A DNA stretch of 64,000 nucleotides from Octopus sinensis. Its lineage: Eukaryota. A program made the position numbers and the translations under genes. Location: assembly GCF_006345805.1 (NCBI RefSeq), contig NC_043000.1:42780001-42844000 (forward strand), given 5' to 3'. This document shows, in pieces, positions 40,593 through 51,735 of this stretch (position 1 is its first letter; each line of letters begins with the position of its first letter). The notes below the pieces were generated by a model. The model saw nothing but the letters and a program-made list of their open reading frames with translations, was not told the DNA's origin and ran no database searches.

Positions 40593-41595
40593 ATTTATAT
40601 TTATTATATTTAGCACGTGGAAATGTATGACATTATATTCTGTGCAACGAAATATATGATAATCGTAAGAATCTTTAGGCTTCTAATATTTTCCTCAAAA
40701 GATTAGATTTTGTTCAATGCAATTATATTACTTCCGAACGATTTCTGTTTCTTTTGGGTTTTTTGTTTTTTTTCTGCAGCTAAATTCTTTGATTTGTCAT
40801 GTGGATTTGCTTAATGAAAACTAAAAGATATAGAATATCTCTCTGGTCACGGAAATTACGATTAGCTCGAAAGTAATATATATTACGTCTACAATGCTTA
40901 TACTTTCTGTCGTTACTTGAGATCTTTCAATCTACACCCACCGCATATAGGTAAACAAATATAATAATAAACATAGGTAGACATATATAATAATAAATAT
41001 TGTAACAGACAAAAGTAGGCAACGTTAGGAGCGGTTTTAAAATATCGAATCGTATTATTTATTAATCTTTCTAATGAGTTTAACGATGTGTATGCGAGGA
41101 AAAACCTATCGTTGCATGTATGTGTTTCGGTCTTTACTTCCACGGAGTGGGACATACGCAATATCCAATAAAACAGGCGTCTTCTGTGATATGTTGTACT
41201 TGAATTTTGGGAGTCAGAAACAGTTCAGAAGCTAGCCATTAACAATGTAGCGTTTAAGATATGTTGGTGCGTAAGTATATGTCGGTGAATTAATACAAGT
41301 GATGGTTTCGAAATCATCGGAGAAACAGTGTTATGAGCTGACTTCTCTGTTTTATAGTGTGTGTGTCTATAAAGGCTTGATTTGGATATGCACGGTAGCG
41401 TTACTATTGTAGCCATTCAGCAGCCATGAGCATCGTAGTATTGTTCATATGTGAGATAGTTTTGCGAATTAAAATAGCTTCTTTTATACTCCGGTTTCCA
41501 TTGTTTCGTTCTGCGGGTTTAATGGAAACATAGATGTCTCGCTTTTGACAAAGGAAACATAGGTAGATAGATAATCATATTGTTTAGATTAACTA

Positions 41596-41628
<33 letters not shown>

Positions 41629-41629
<1 letters not shown>

Positions 41630-41837
41630 CGGGAAGCTTTATGAAAATAGACAAAAGACGAAGGCAGGTGGAAAACAAACAAACAATTGTATTAGTATGG
41701 CGCTCAGGAAATATAAATAAAACAAGTCTTTAACGTTTCGAGCCTACGCTCTTCAACAGAAAGATACACAGAGAGAAAAAAAACATAGAAAGAAGGAGAG
41801 AAAAAAATGCGTGCATAAATAACGAATCAACATGGCG
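41629..41837 (-). mobile_element. ~210-bp hammerhead-containing element embedded between (TA)n and (TAGA)n
   Basis: Sharp boundaries with microsatellites; homologous to 57227-57424. Confidence 0.75.
41727..41764 (-). ncRNA. Minimal type I hammerhead motif (A6U variant, GUU triplet)
   Basis: TCTTT-CTGTTGA-A-GAGC-GTAG-GCTC-GAAA-CGTT-AAAGA; 5-bp stem I, 4-bp stem II, loopless palindromic AACGTT stem III. Confidence 0.65.
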
Positions 41838-41839
41838 AT

Positions 41840-42040
<201 letters not shown>

Positions 42041-42102
42041 ATTCAAAGGACATAGAAAAAGCAAACAAACGTTTGCACGTGGTGCTGAAATGGCGTACTG
42101 CG

Positions 42103-42496
42103 AAGGAGTTACATATCGTTGTGTGGTAAGAAGCTTGCCTCTCATCCACATGGGTCCGAGTTCAGTCCCACTGCGTGGCACCTTGGGGAAGTGTATTCTG
42201 ATATATATAGTCTCGCGCCAGCCACAACTTAGTGAGTGAATCTGGTAGATGGAAACTGAAAGAAGCCCGTCGTATATATATGTATATATCTATTTATATT
42301 TGTCACTCCTCCACCACTGGGCAATCGGTGTTGGTGTGTTTATGTTCCAGTAACTTAGCAGTTCGGTAAAAGAGATCGATAGAATAAGTCCGGGCTTAAA
42401 GCAAAAGGTATTGGGGTCGATACATTCAACTATAAATTCTTCAAGATGGTGCCCTAGATTGGCTGCAATCTAATGTCTGAAACAATTAAAAGATAA
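42103..42496 (+). mobile_element. SINE family B
   Basis: GTGTGGTAAGAAGCTTGCC...GAGTTCAGTCCCACTGCGTGGCACCTTGGGGAAGTG...CTGAAACAATTAAAAGA. Confidence 0.85.
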
Positions 42497-42512
42497 TATA
42501 TATATATATATA

Positions 42513-42564
<52 letters not shown>

Positions 42565-42647
42565 CACAATTGCAGGGTGGAAGGTGTTTATAAGCCATTT
42601 AAGAAACGCACAAAATCCGTTAGATTCACTTCAACATTCAAATTTAA

Positions 42648-42698
42648 TTTGTCAAAATAGTTTCGTTGCTTTGAGACCACTTCCTGTTCACTGACAAA
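42648..42698 (-). ncRNA. Hammerhead-like motif with compensatory G3-C8 core (GUGAACA)
   Basis: TTTGTCA-GTGAACA-G-GAAGTGGTCTCAAAGCAAC-GAAA-CTAT-TT-TGACAAA; perfect 7-bp stem I, imperfect stem II. Confidence 0.55.
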
Positions 42699-43037
42699 AT
42701 TCCGTGCCGCACTTCATTTCCCGTTCCTACAGGTCACAGCTGGCAAAATTGTGTATTCCTACGATTGCCCAACGTCCTGTCCACGGAGAGGAATATATAC
42801 GCTATAAAATCCGGGGAACTAGCCTTATGATCCTATAGCTCAGGAAGGACACCTTTGATCCCTTTATGCTTTAAACTTTATTAAAGTGAAATAGATATGT
42901 GAGACGATATGATCGACAAAAAACGTAAAGAATTAACATCTGCTTTGTTACAAGAAGATGACTGAAACCAGTGAAAAGAACAACAGATAAGAATCTAAGT
43001 GTTCCCCACCTCTCTCTTTCTTCTTTTTCCACTATAG

Positions 43038-43255
43038 CTCTTTACTCTTTACTCTCTTTTACTTGATTCAGTCATTTGACTGTGGTCATGCTGGATCACC
43101 GCCTTTAATTGAGCAACTCGACCCCGGGACTTATTCTTTGTAAGCCCAGTACTTATTCTATCGGTCTCTTTTTGCCGAACCGCTAAGTGACGGGGACATA
43201 AACACACCAGCATCGGTTGTCAAGCAATGCTAGTGGGACAAACACAGACACACAA

Positions 43256-43307
<52 letters not shown>

Positions 43308-43484
43308 ATATATATATATATATACGACGGACTTATTTCAGTTTCCGTCTACCAAATCCACTCACAAGGCTTTGGTCGGCCCGAGGCTATAGTAGAAGAC
43401 ACTTGCCCAAGGTACCACGCAGTGGGACTGAACCCGGAACCATGTGGTTGGTAAACAAGCTACTTACCACACAGCCACTCCTGC
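43038..43484 (-). mobile_element. SINE family B, full length, apparently young
   Basis: Very similar to 19351-19730 and contains an extra internal segment (CGACCCCGGGACTTATTC). Confidence 0.92.
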
Positions 43485-44318
43485 AAATTCTGACTACGGA
43501 AACAATCCATGGTGAATAAATAGCGCTACGTATGGAAAACCAAGGAATGCTCAAAATTTAATTTAGAAAAATATATATATGGAAGCCTTAATAGAAACTG
43601 AGTGAAGTGAAAAGATTTGAAATAGCCAACACCGAATGATCAATATTAGTAGTGGTTCTGTCAGAAAACTTCAAAAAAGTTTGGCTTCATTTCTCATAAA
43701 TGCACCTATGTAACTTAACTACTTAAGTGTAAAAAACACGTTTATTGTTTATATTGGAATTCTACTTCCCATTCTAATTTGAGGTCTATTATCTGTCAAA
43801 AATTTCAAGTAAGCAAAATTAAATTCTAAAAATTGATGCCAGTAAAGAAGTACAATGTTTTTGGTTGAATTCTGCATTTTTGGAACGAGTTATAATTGAA
43901 TGTAAGCCATATTTTTCTGAGTCGAAATGGGACGCAAATATTATCCTCATTCACGAAGACCGATATTGAAAATATCGTATACGAATTGATCCGTACTTAA
44001 AGGGTGGAACACAACGAATATATACAACCTCAGCGAAGCATATCCTGTTCAGCTGAAAAGACAATGAGTAACTGAGAATATAGAGAATGTAGCGACACTG
44101 AATATGAATATCAAAAATATAATACAAGCAGACTGTAAAAAGTGTTCTGTATGTGATACACTAATAGAGACATTCATATATTAGAAAAAGAGAATTAGAT
44201 TAACAGTGGCTCATAGATATAATGAAAGGGACAGAGAAACAAAACACACACACACACACAATGGTTGTCTGCCTGTATGTTGGCTGGCTATCTATCTATC
44301 TATCTATCTATCTATCTG

Positions 44319-44390
<72 letters not shown>

Positions 44391-44499
44391 GGTGTTTATT
44401 TATGTAAACATAAGACAGCCAACTATAATTGTAAGAACTGCTTTGTAGCTGAGTTGAGCAGAAAGTTTTTGTAGCATAAAACCTATTCTAATAACAAAA

Positions 44500-45000
44500 T
44501 AATGAATAAAATGTCTAGGCTTGAATACCTACAAAAGCTTAGGCCAGAATTGGCTCAGGCCATGATTGATTTAACAATTCTATCTGAAAAAGGCATTTAA
44601 TGATATTTCATATTACACTCATTTTATTGGTACCATAGCTCATTCGGGTAAAGAGCACAGGAACCGTTTGAATGGTATGAAATCTTTTTCTTCCCCTCTG
44701 TGTCTTGGCCTGATGTTAAAGAGAGCAGGGCCATTTGAGGTGAATAGTTCTGTCTAGTTGTGGTGCGACACGACCATGACTTTTAAAGCGGCTTCCAGTG
44801 AATTTTAAAGTTGATGCCAACATCATTTTCGTCATGCTGTTGAAATATGTTCCACATCATACAACTGATATAGTGCTCACGGCAGCGTTGAAAGTAATAA
44901 AGTTTGCTTTTCTCAAGATGATCCAAATAAGAGCTGTCATGTCATCTATTTTTATTGCGACCGATCTCTTTTACCACATCACTTAAGAGATTTATACGAG
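44500..45000 (-). mobile_element. CR1-like LINE 3' fragment
   Basis: WDHLEKSKLYYFQRCREHYISCMMWNIF matches the CR1-group YWxRLKxLKLYSLQRRRERY motif; GPALFNI follows after a frameshift. Confidence 0.78.
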
Positions 45001-45066
45001 AAAAACAAAAACAAGCGTCCCCCGCAGAAAGGGATATTTTCCATTCAGTTTCCAGATGTTCCACAC

Positions 45067-45097
<31 letters not shown>

Positions 45098-45580
45098 CAT
45101 ACTCAAATATATATACATATTAATATTTAGCAACAGAGAGACTCAGAGTCCGACAGTTTCGTGCATTGACACTTATCATACCTGGTCACAATGAAAATAA
45201 TACCATCTAAATATATGTAAAAGTGTTACGAAATTCTAAGCCCGTAAGGTTTTGTTTCCTTCTGGTCGCTATGTTACAACGATAAATATATTACAAGCTA
45301 TAAAATAGGAAAATTAAAAACTTCATAGGAACTAATTTGCATATAGCTCTGAGGATAAATGAATGCAAATTAAAAATAAAGCAACAGATGATGAAAATAA
45401 TAAAAAAATTGGCACACGAGGAGCTCACTGTGCTTACGTGTGTGTTTGTGTACGTGTATACACATACGCACACGTACACACAAACACACACATTCTTATT
45501 AGAAAGTGTTTATATAAATACATATGTATACGTATAGTTTTATGTATGCATGTATATGAGTAGGGCGGGGTGTTTATATA

Positions 45581-45647
<67 letters not shown>

Positions 45648-45650
45648 ATA

Positions 45651-45705
<55 letters not shown>

Positions 45706-45714
45706 ATATCTATC

Positions 45715-45756
<42 letters not shown>

Positions 45757-45783
45757 GTGTGTGTGTGTGTTGTGTGTGTGTGT

Positions 45784-46085
45784 GGAGGCGCAATGGTCTA
45801 GTGGTTAGGGCAGCCAACTCGCGGTCGTAGGATTGCAGTTTCGATTCCCAGAGCGGGCATTGTGAGTGTTTATTGACCGAAAACACCTAAATTCTCCACG
45901 AGGCTCCGGCAGGGGGTGGTGATCCCTGCTGTACTCTTTCACCACTCTTTCTCCCACTCTTTCTTCTGTTGACCTGCTCGCTTAGCCAGCAGAGTGGCGT
46001 CATTCAAAGGTTAAAACAATGCGAACGCATTGTGACCAGCGATGTGTAACAGCATCTGATGGGATCGTCGGTCACGTGACGTGAT
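45784..46085 (+). mobile_element. tRNA-derived SINE family C (possibly an octopus OR-type SINE)
   Basis: GGAGGCGCAATGGTCTAGTGGTTAGGG (A box) ... GTTTCGATTCCC (B box); tail GGTCACGTGACGTGA; flanked by microsatellites. Confidence 0.85.
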
Positions 46086-46716
46086 ATATATTGTGTGAGT
46101 GTGTGTGTGTGTGCGTTTCTATATGTATGTATGTGTGCACGACCATGATCGTAACATTGTGATTTCGATTCCTTAACTAGATAACAAGATTGGGTGGAAT
46201 GATGTGTTCTTGAGCAAAATCTTCGTTTTATGTTGCTTCAGTCCACTTGGCTGATTAATTTTTAGAATATTCTTCTCTGTGAGGCAGAAATATAACCGAT
46301 CTGACTAATTGTAACATCTATTAAAGCTTCATCACTAATCAGTAACTCATGCGTGGTCACAAGGAAAACAGTAGCATCTAAATATATTTTCATATTCCAA
46401 CAAAGAGAAATTGATTTGTCTACATTGTATAATAGTGCAAATGTTAGCGGCGGGAATAAATTAGTTACACAGTTAGCATCGAATTGAAATCATAGAGATC
46501 GAAGTTACATTAGAAGTTTCTCTCTCTGTTGCCGACAAAGGAAATGGATCCGATGAAATTTAGCTTTGATCATAAACATGTATTAGTAACATCACAAAGG
46601 GCGCAATATCTCACAATTATTTGCAGTTTGCACACTTGGGCAAAAATAAATTAATTTGTCTTATTCACATAACTATACAAGCGTTGCAAACATGAATTTA
46701 TTACATATTTAAACAC

Positions 46717-47290
46717 CAGGCGGCGAGTGAGCAGAGGTGTTAGTTTGAAGAACAAAATACTTAACGGCATTTTTCAGGCTTTACGTTCAGAGTTCAAATT
46801 CCTTCCAGGGTGATTCCACCTTTCATTCTTTCGGGGTCGATAAAGTAAATTCCAGCTTACACTGGAGCCAATGTATATACCTTAAAGTTTCGACCATGCT
46901 CCAAAGTTTCAGGCCTTGTGCCTATTGTAGAAAGGATTATATATCTACACACAAGTTGGCAGAATCGTCAACATTCCCGTAGAAAAGTTTAACGGCATTT
47001 CTTCCAGCTTGACAGGCATAGATTAAAATTTCACCGAGGGTGACTCTGCCTTTCATAATTTTGGTGTCGATACAATAAAGTATCAGCTAAATGCTGAAGC
47101 TGAAGTAATCGATTGATCTCTCCTCTAATATTACTGGCCTTGTACCAAGATTTGAGACTATTAAATTCTGTGGAGATCACCTTTGTTATTCATCGTTTCG
47201 GGATCAAGAAAATAAATACCATTTAAACAATGGGATCAATTTAATCGACTGAAAATTTCAGGTCTTGAGTCTATCGCAGAAAGGATTATA
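46717..47290 (+). mobile_element. Tandem cluster of about three diverged family A SINEs
   Basis: Repeated AAATT..GAGG.TGAC...CCTTTCAT...GTCGATA core near 46795, 47025 and 47165. Confidence 0.75.
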
Positions 47291-47809
47291 TATATACCCA
47301 GACATTCATTATGTAGTTATGTATGCATGTATGTATGTACGTATATGTCTGTCTGTCTGTTCTGCCTCTATCTATATCTTGTGTTTCAAAAAAATTCTAT
47401 TTCGTTTTGCTTTTAATTAATTAGGACAAGTGGTTAGGACAGCGGATTAATTCAAAGCAAAAGGAAATATAACCCTTTTGAAATCACAAATTAAACTTTT
47501 CCTCAGGAATACGTTATTGGAATAGATGAGTTCTACCAACAAATTTAAAGACTTTTACACTAGCCCAGAAAGGAGAAAATAATTAAATTATGATAGTATT
47601 GGATATATGTACCAACATAGAATAAAGTAACCTCTACACTTCTATTTTCCCTTTCCGTATTATACTTACTTTATTGTACCAATATTGAATATATAGATTT
47701 ATACATATTCTTTATTTTTAATTGGACCGGTGAACTTGGATGTCTCACATCTCTTTCAAGGATTTAGGTATTACTTCTACTACACAAACATAGACACACA
47801 CACACAAAC

Positions 47810-47847
<38 letters not shown>

Positions 47848-47857
47848 GCATACATAC

Positions 47858-48707
47858 AAAGAATATTTGGTATTATGGGCGTGTTCATTGACCTGTCTCT
47901 CAATAATGCTCTACATGTAATAATCCAACAGGCTGAGATCTGAGGAATTAGGAGGCCAAATATTAGGGGTTATGTGATAATGAAAATTTTCAGCCATCCA
48001 TTCCTGTGTGACTAGAGCCATGTGGAATGTAGTAAGGTGGCATCACATATCCTTCATTGCCGACACCTCCTAAAACCATGAAAGCTGCAGGAAATTTTTT
48101 ATGCATAACACTTGGAAATTCAGAACGGTCTGCATACAACCATCTGCCATTTCTTTTGTTAACATTTTGATCTTGGCCGAAGCATTTTTCATTTGTTAAA
48201 AACCAGATCAAATTTTCTTCTGCTGGATTTTTCGGTTTGTTTCAGAGCCTTTTAGATCCGATGTAGTGACTTTCTTTTGCTTTTTCTGACATATTGACCT
48301 TTTTCTCATCATATAAGACTTATATCTGATGTCTTCGTGGACAACATTTCTGACTATTCCTTCTGATACATATAGACCTTTGGCAATTGACCTGATTGAC
48401 TCTCTGGGATTGTAATCAATGTTCTGTTGAACTTGCTAGATAAATTCAGCTGTTCTACGTTCCCATCTTCAGTCTCTAGCTCCTTACAAACTTTGTAAAC
48501 AAAAGGGGCGGCAACTTTTAAAAATCGAGATATTTCTATGTCTCTATACTCAGCCTTTCTAATAACCACAATAACAGCATGCCTCTTCATTTCTTGAGTA
48601 AGCTGGGGGTCTGCCGTTATTATTGTCTGAAACAGAAATTATAAAGAGTTAGAAAAAATGCAGCAATGACTCAAAGACTTATGTCTTCAAATATCTTACG
48701 CACCCTG
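47858..48707 (-). mobile_element. maT/DD37D mariner-like element (copy 2, one TIR)
   Basis: High similarity to 30560-31406; end TCAAATATCTTACGCACCCTG-TA; WFLTNEKCF and KRHAVIVVIRK HTH region. Confidence 0.88.
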
Positions 48708-48743
<36 letters not shown>

Positions 48744-48782
48744 ATATATAATATATATATATATGTATGTATGTATGTATAT

Positions 48783-49071
48783 ATAGTAAAGTTTATTACT
48801 TACAGAGTGTGGCAGTTCTATAAAGGGCGATGTTACTGATGTTTAAGCGCCAGGAAAACATCTTTTCCAGCTGGCTATTGACGCACAATCTTGTGTGCGT
48901 ATAGTGTTTGCAACGGAGGTTATCGCTCCCATCTCCAGCCTTACGCGATGCTCACAGACCATGGCTTCTGGATTGCTACCCATCCTCCGGGGGGGGGGGG
49001 ACTTAAACAAAAGTAACATCGTTCTTTATAGGTCCGCCACAAATAAACTGTTGGCAAATAAACTTTACTAT
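48783..49071. mobile_element. ~290-bp MITE or fold-back element with ~65-bp imperfect terminal inverted repeats
   Basis: ATAGTAAAGTTTATT...CTATAAAGGGCGATGTTACTGATGTTTAAG (48783-48847) versus CTTAAACAAAAGTAACATCGTTCTTTATAG...AATAAACTTTACTAT (49002-49071). Confidence 0.75.
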
Positions 49072-49114
49072 TCGGTAGTGTTACTTTTTATCTCTCTCTC
49101 GCTCGCTCTCTCTT

Positions 49115-49161
<47 letters not shown>

Positions 49162-49610
49162 TATATAATATATATATATATATACACCTATAGCTATCTT
49201 TCTGTCTGTCTATGTGTGTATGTAAAAGTATGTATATATGTATATATGTGCATATACATGATATATATGCAGTGCTATTTTAATTGCTAACATTCTCAGA
49301 GTGACTTATTGATGATAAGTGGGCGCCTCTCTCTCCCCTCTCTCCCTCCCCTCTCTCTATATATATATAACACTTGCTTTCGCTCTCTCTCTCCCTCTCT
49401 CTCTATCATACACACACACACACACACTCGCTTCTTCTCACTCTCCCTGTCTCTGAATTAAGTATGAGCGAGAATCTTAGGTACATGCGTGTTTGTAGAA
49501 CACGCGTTTACATATGCACTGATCTGCGCTCTGTTACAATCTCTTTCATTAGAGAGGCAGGCAGACAGACAGACTCACTGTCTAACAGAGACACAGATGG
49601 ATAGATATAT

Positions 49611-49659
<49 letters not shown>

Positions 49660-49877
49660 TTTTGATTACTCGTTCCAGATGACTACATTTATATTTCTAA
49701 ATGTGTCTGTTTTGGTGAGAGTAAGAGAGAATAAATAATTGTATATATGTATGTTCAAATATATATATATATATGCGTGTGCATCTCTCTGTGTTTGTAT
49801 GTATAGTATGTATAAGTGTATACATACATATATATATATATATTATATATATATATATATATAATATATACATACAG

Positions 49878-49920
<43 letters not shown>

Positions 49921-50274
49921 AATGCGTTTCAATGAAATAATCAGTCATTGGGAAGGATGTAAAAATGCTGCAACTATTTCCAACTTTACAAAGACAAATC
50001 TATTCTTTTTTTTCCCTTTTCTTTTAATCGTCTTTACAAGCTGCAAAACAAAGTTACAGACATCTGGGTGTCTCGAAATGGTGCGGGGGAAGGGAAATAT
50101 TTTCCCGCTTCAAGACGGCAAGACGCCATTCTAACCGATCGAAGTCTTCTCAACTGGTGTTTATCAGGCAGGAGTTATTTGTTTGCCCGGTCATAATGAC
50201 TGAAATTATTTAACTACTTGTTGTGCTCGTCTTTTGGATCACATTCTTCTCTGAATATATAGCTATTAGCTTTC

Positions 50275-50750
50275 CCTTCTTCTACTTCTTCTACTTCTTC
50301 TTCTTCTTCATCTTCTTCTTCTTCTTCTTCTTCTTCTTCTTCTTCTTCTTCTTCTTCTTCTTCTTCGCCTTCTTCTCTTCATTCCCCTCCTCCTCCTCCT
50401 TTTTCTTCTTCTCCTTCGTCTTCTTCTCTTCTTCTTCTTCTTCGCTTCTTCTTCTTCTTCTACTTCGCCTCTACTTCTTCTTCGCTTCTTCTTCTTCTTC
50501 TTCTTCTTCTTCTTCGTCTTCTTCTTCGTCTTCTTCTTCGTCTTCTTCTCTTCATTCCCCTCCTCCTCCTCCTTTTCTTCTTCTCCTTCTTCGTCTTCTT
50601 CTCTTCTTCTTCTTCTTCTTCTTCTTCGCTTCTTCGTCTTCTTCTTCTCTTCTTCTTCTTCTTCTTCTTCGTTTTCTTCTTCACTTTCCTGTTGTTGATT
50701 TTCTTCTCCTTCTTCCCACCACCTCTTCTTCTCTTTCTTTCCCTCCTTTT
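50275..50750. repeat. Long imperfect (CTT)n/(GAA)n homopurine-homopyrimidine tract
   Basis: Direct inspection; explains the poly-F/S/R/K/E ORFs. Confidence 0.97.
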
Positions 50751-50939
50751 TAATTTTAATCTTTTCTTCTAAATATTATTATTATTAACAGCTTTATGCG
50801 AGTTTCTACTGCACCAGTAAACGCAACGTCGCCTTTCTAAGGTGTGCTCTGCATTATTTTTGAATGTGTAGAGATGTATTTCTGTACTACGATATCGCTT
50901 TTCATTGTTGACACAAAATAAAAGTTTGATTATAAATTG

Positions 50940-51244
50940 GGTCTGCATTTAAATCTGGGTTCAAATTCCACCGAGGTCGTCTTTGCCTACCATCTATACA
51001 TGTTCAACAAAATGAGAATCATTTTAGAGTTGGTGTCAATGAAATCGTCTAGTCCCCTTCCCGAAAATATTTTAGGCCTTGTGTCTATAATGGAGAAGAT
51101 TATCATTATTCTGTCTTTACGTTCTGAATTCAAATTCCACCGAGGTTGACTTTGCTTTTCATCCTTTTGGTGGTCGATAAATTAAGTACTAGTTGCGTAC
51201 TGGGGCCGATATAATGAAAAGCAAAGTCGACCGCGGCGGAATTT
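50940..51244 (+). mobile_element. Two family A SINE fragments, the second ending in a 31-bp fold-back
   Basis: AAATTCCACCGAGGTTGACTTTGCTTTTCAT (51132-51162) is inverted at 51214-51244. Confidence 0.8.
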
Positions 51245-51403
51245 ATATATATTTAAATTATATTTGAGTATAAAATAGGGTTTTTAATTTTATTGTTTGT
51301 AAATAATAGTTAGTAATATTTATTGTGTGTTGTGTTGTTATAGTTTAAATTAAATTGATTTTAGGTATGTATTAATTTAGAATATTAGGTAGTGATAGTT
51401 TAA
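51238..51403 (+). other. Cytosine-free non-repetitive tract (166 bp, 28 G, 0 C)
   Basis: Direct count: last C at 51237, next C at 51404; followed by TAACCCTAACCCCTAG. Confidence 0.9.
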
Positions 51404-51439
51404 CCCTAACCCCTAGAGTAGAAAAGATTATTATTATCA

Positions 51440-51483
<44 letters not shown>

Positions 51484-51484
51484 G

Positions 51485-51664
51485 AGTGAGAGAGCAGTGC
51501 ATGCCATCAAAGTGACACTGGGGTAAAATATATGAAGCCCAATATACCCATCATGACTACCCGTCTGATAAGGGTACACCAGGCACATGCATCACAACCA
51601 TATGTGCGCGACATGGTGATCTCATATCAAGATAAACAGCACATGACCATGCAGGTGGGGCCCA

Positions 51665-51666
<2 letters not shown>
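51485..51666 (-). mobile_element. ~180-bp retroelement 3' fragment flanked on both sides by (TAA)n
   Basis: Unique GC-richer sequence with sharp borders inside an (ATT)n array; adjacent to the Dong/R4 fragment. Confidence 0.6.
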
Positions 51667-51710
<44 letters not shown>

Positions 51711-51735
51711 TATTATTATTATTATTATTATTATT

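Noticed and set aside
45148-45186. Minus-strand ATGATAA-GTG...CAC-GAAAC-T-GTC
   Set aside because: Positions 3 and 8 are both non-canonical and unpaired; stem I is absent
45784-45855. tRNA gene
   Set aside because: Has A and B boxes but no acceptor stem and continues into a SINE body; it is a SINE head
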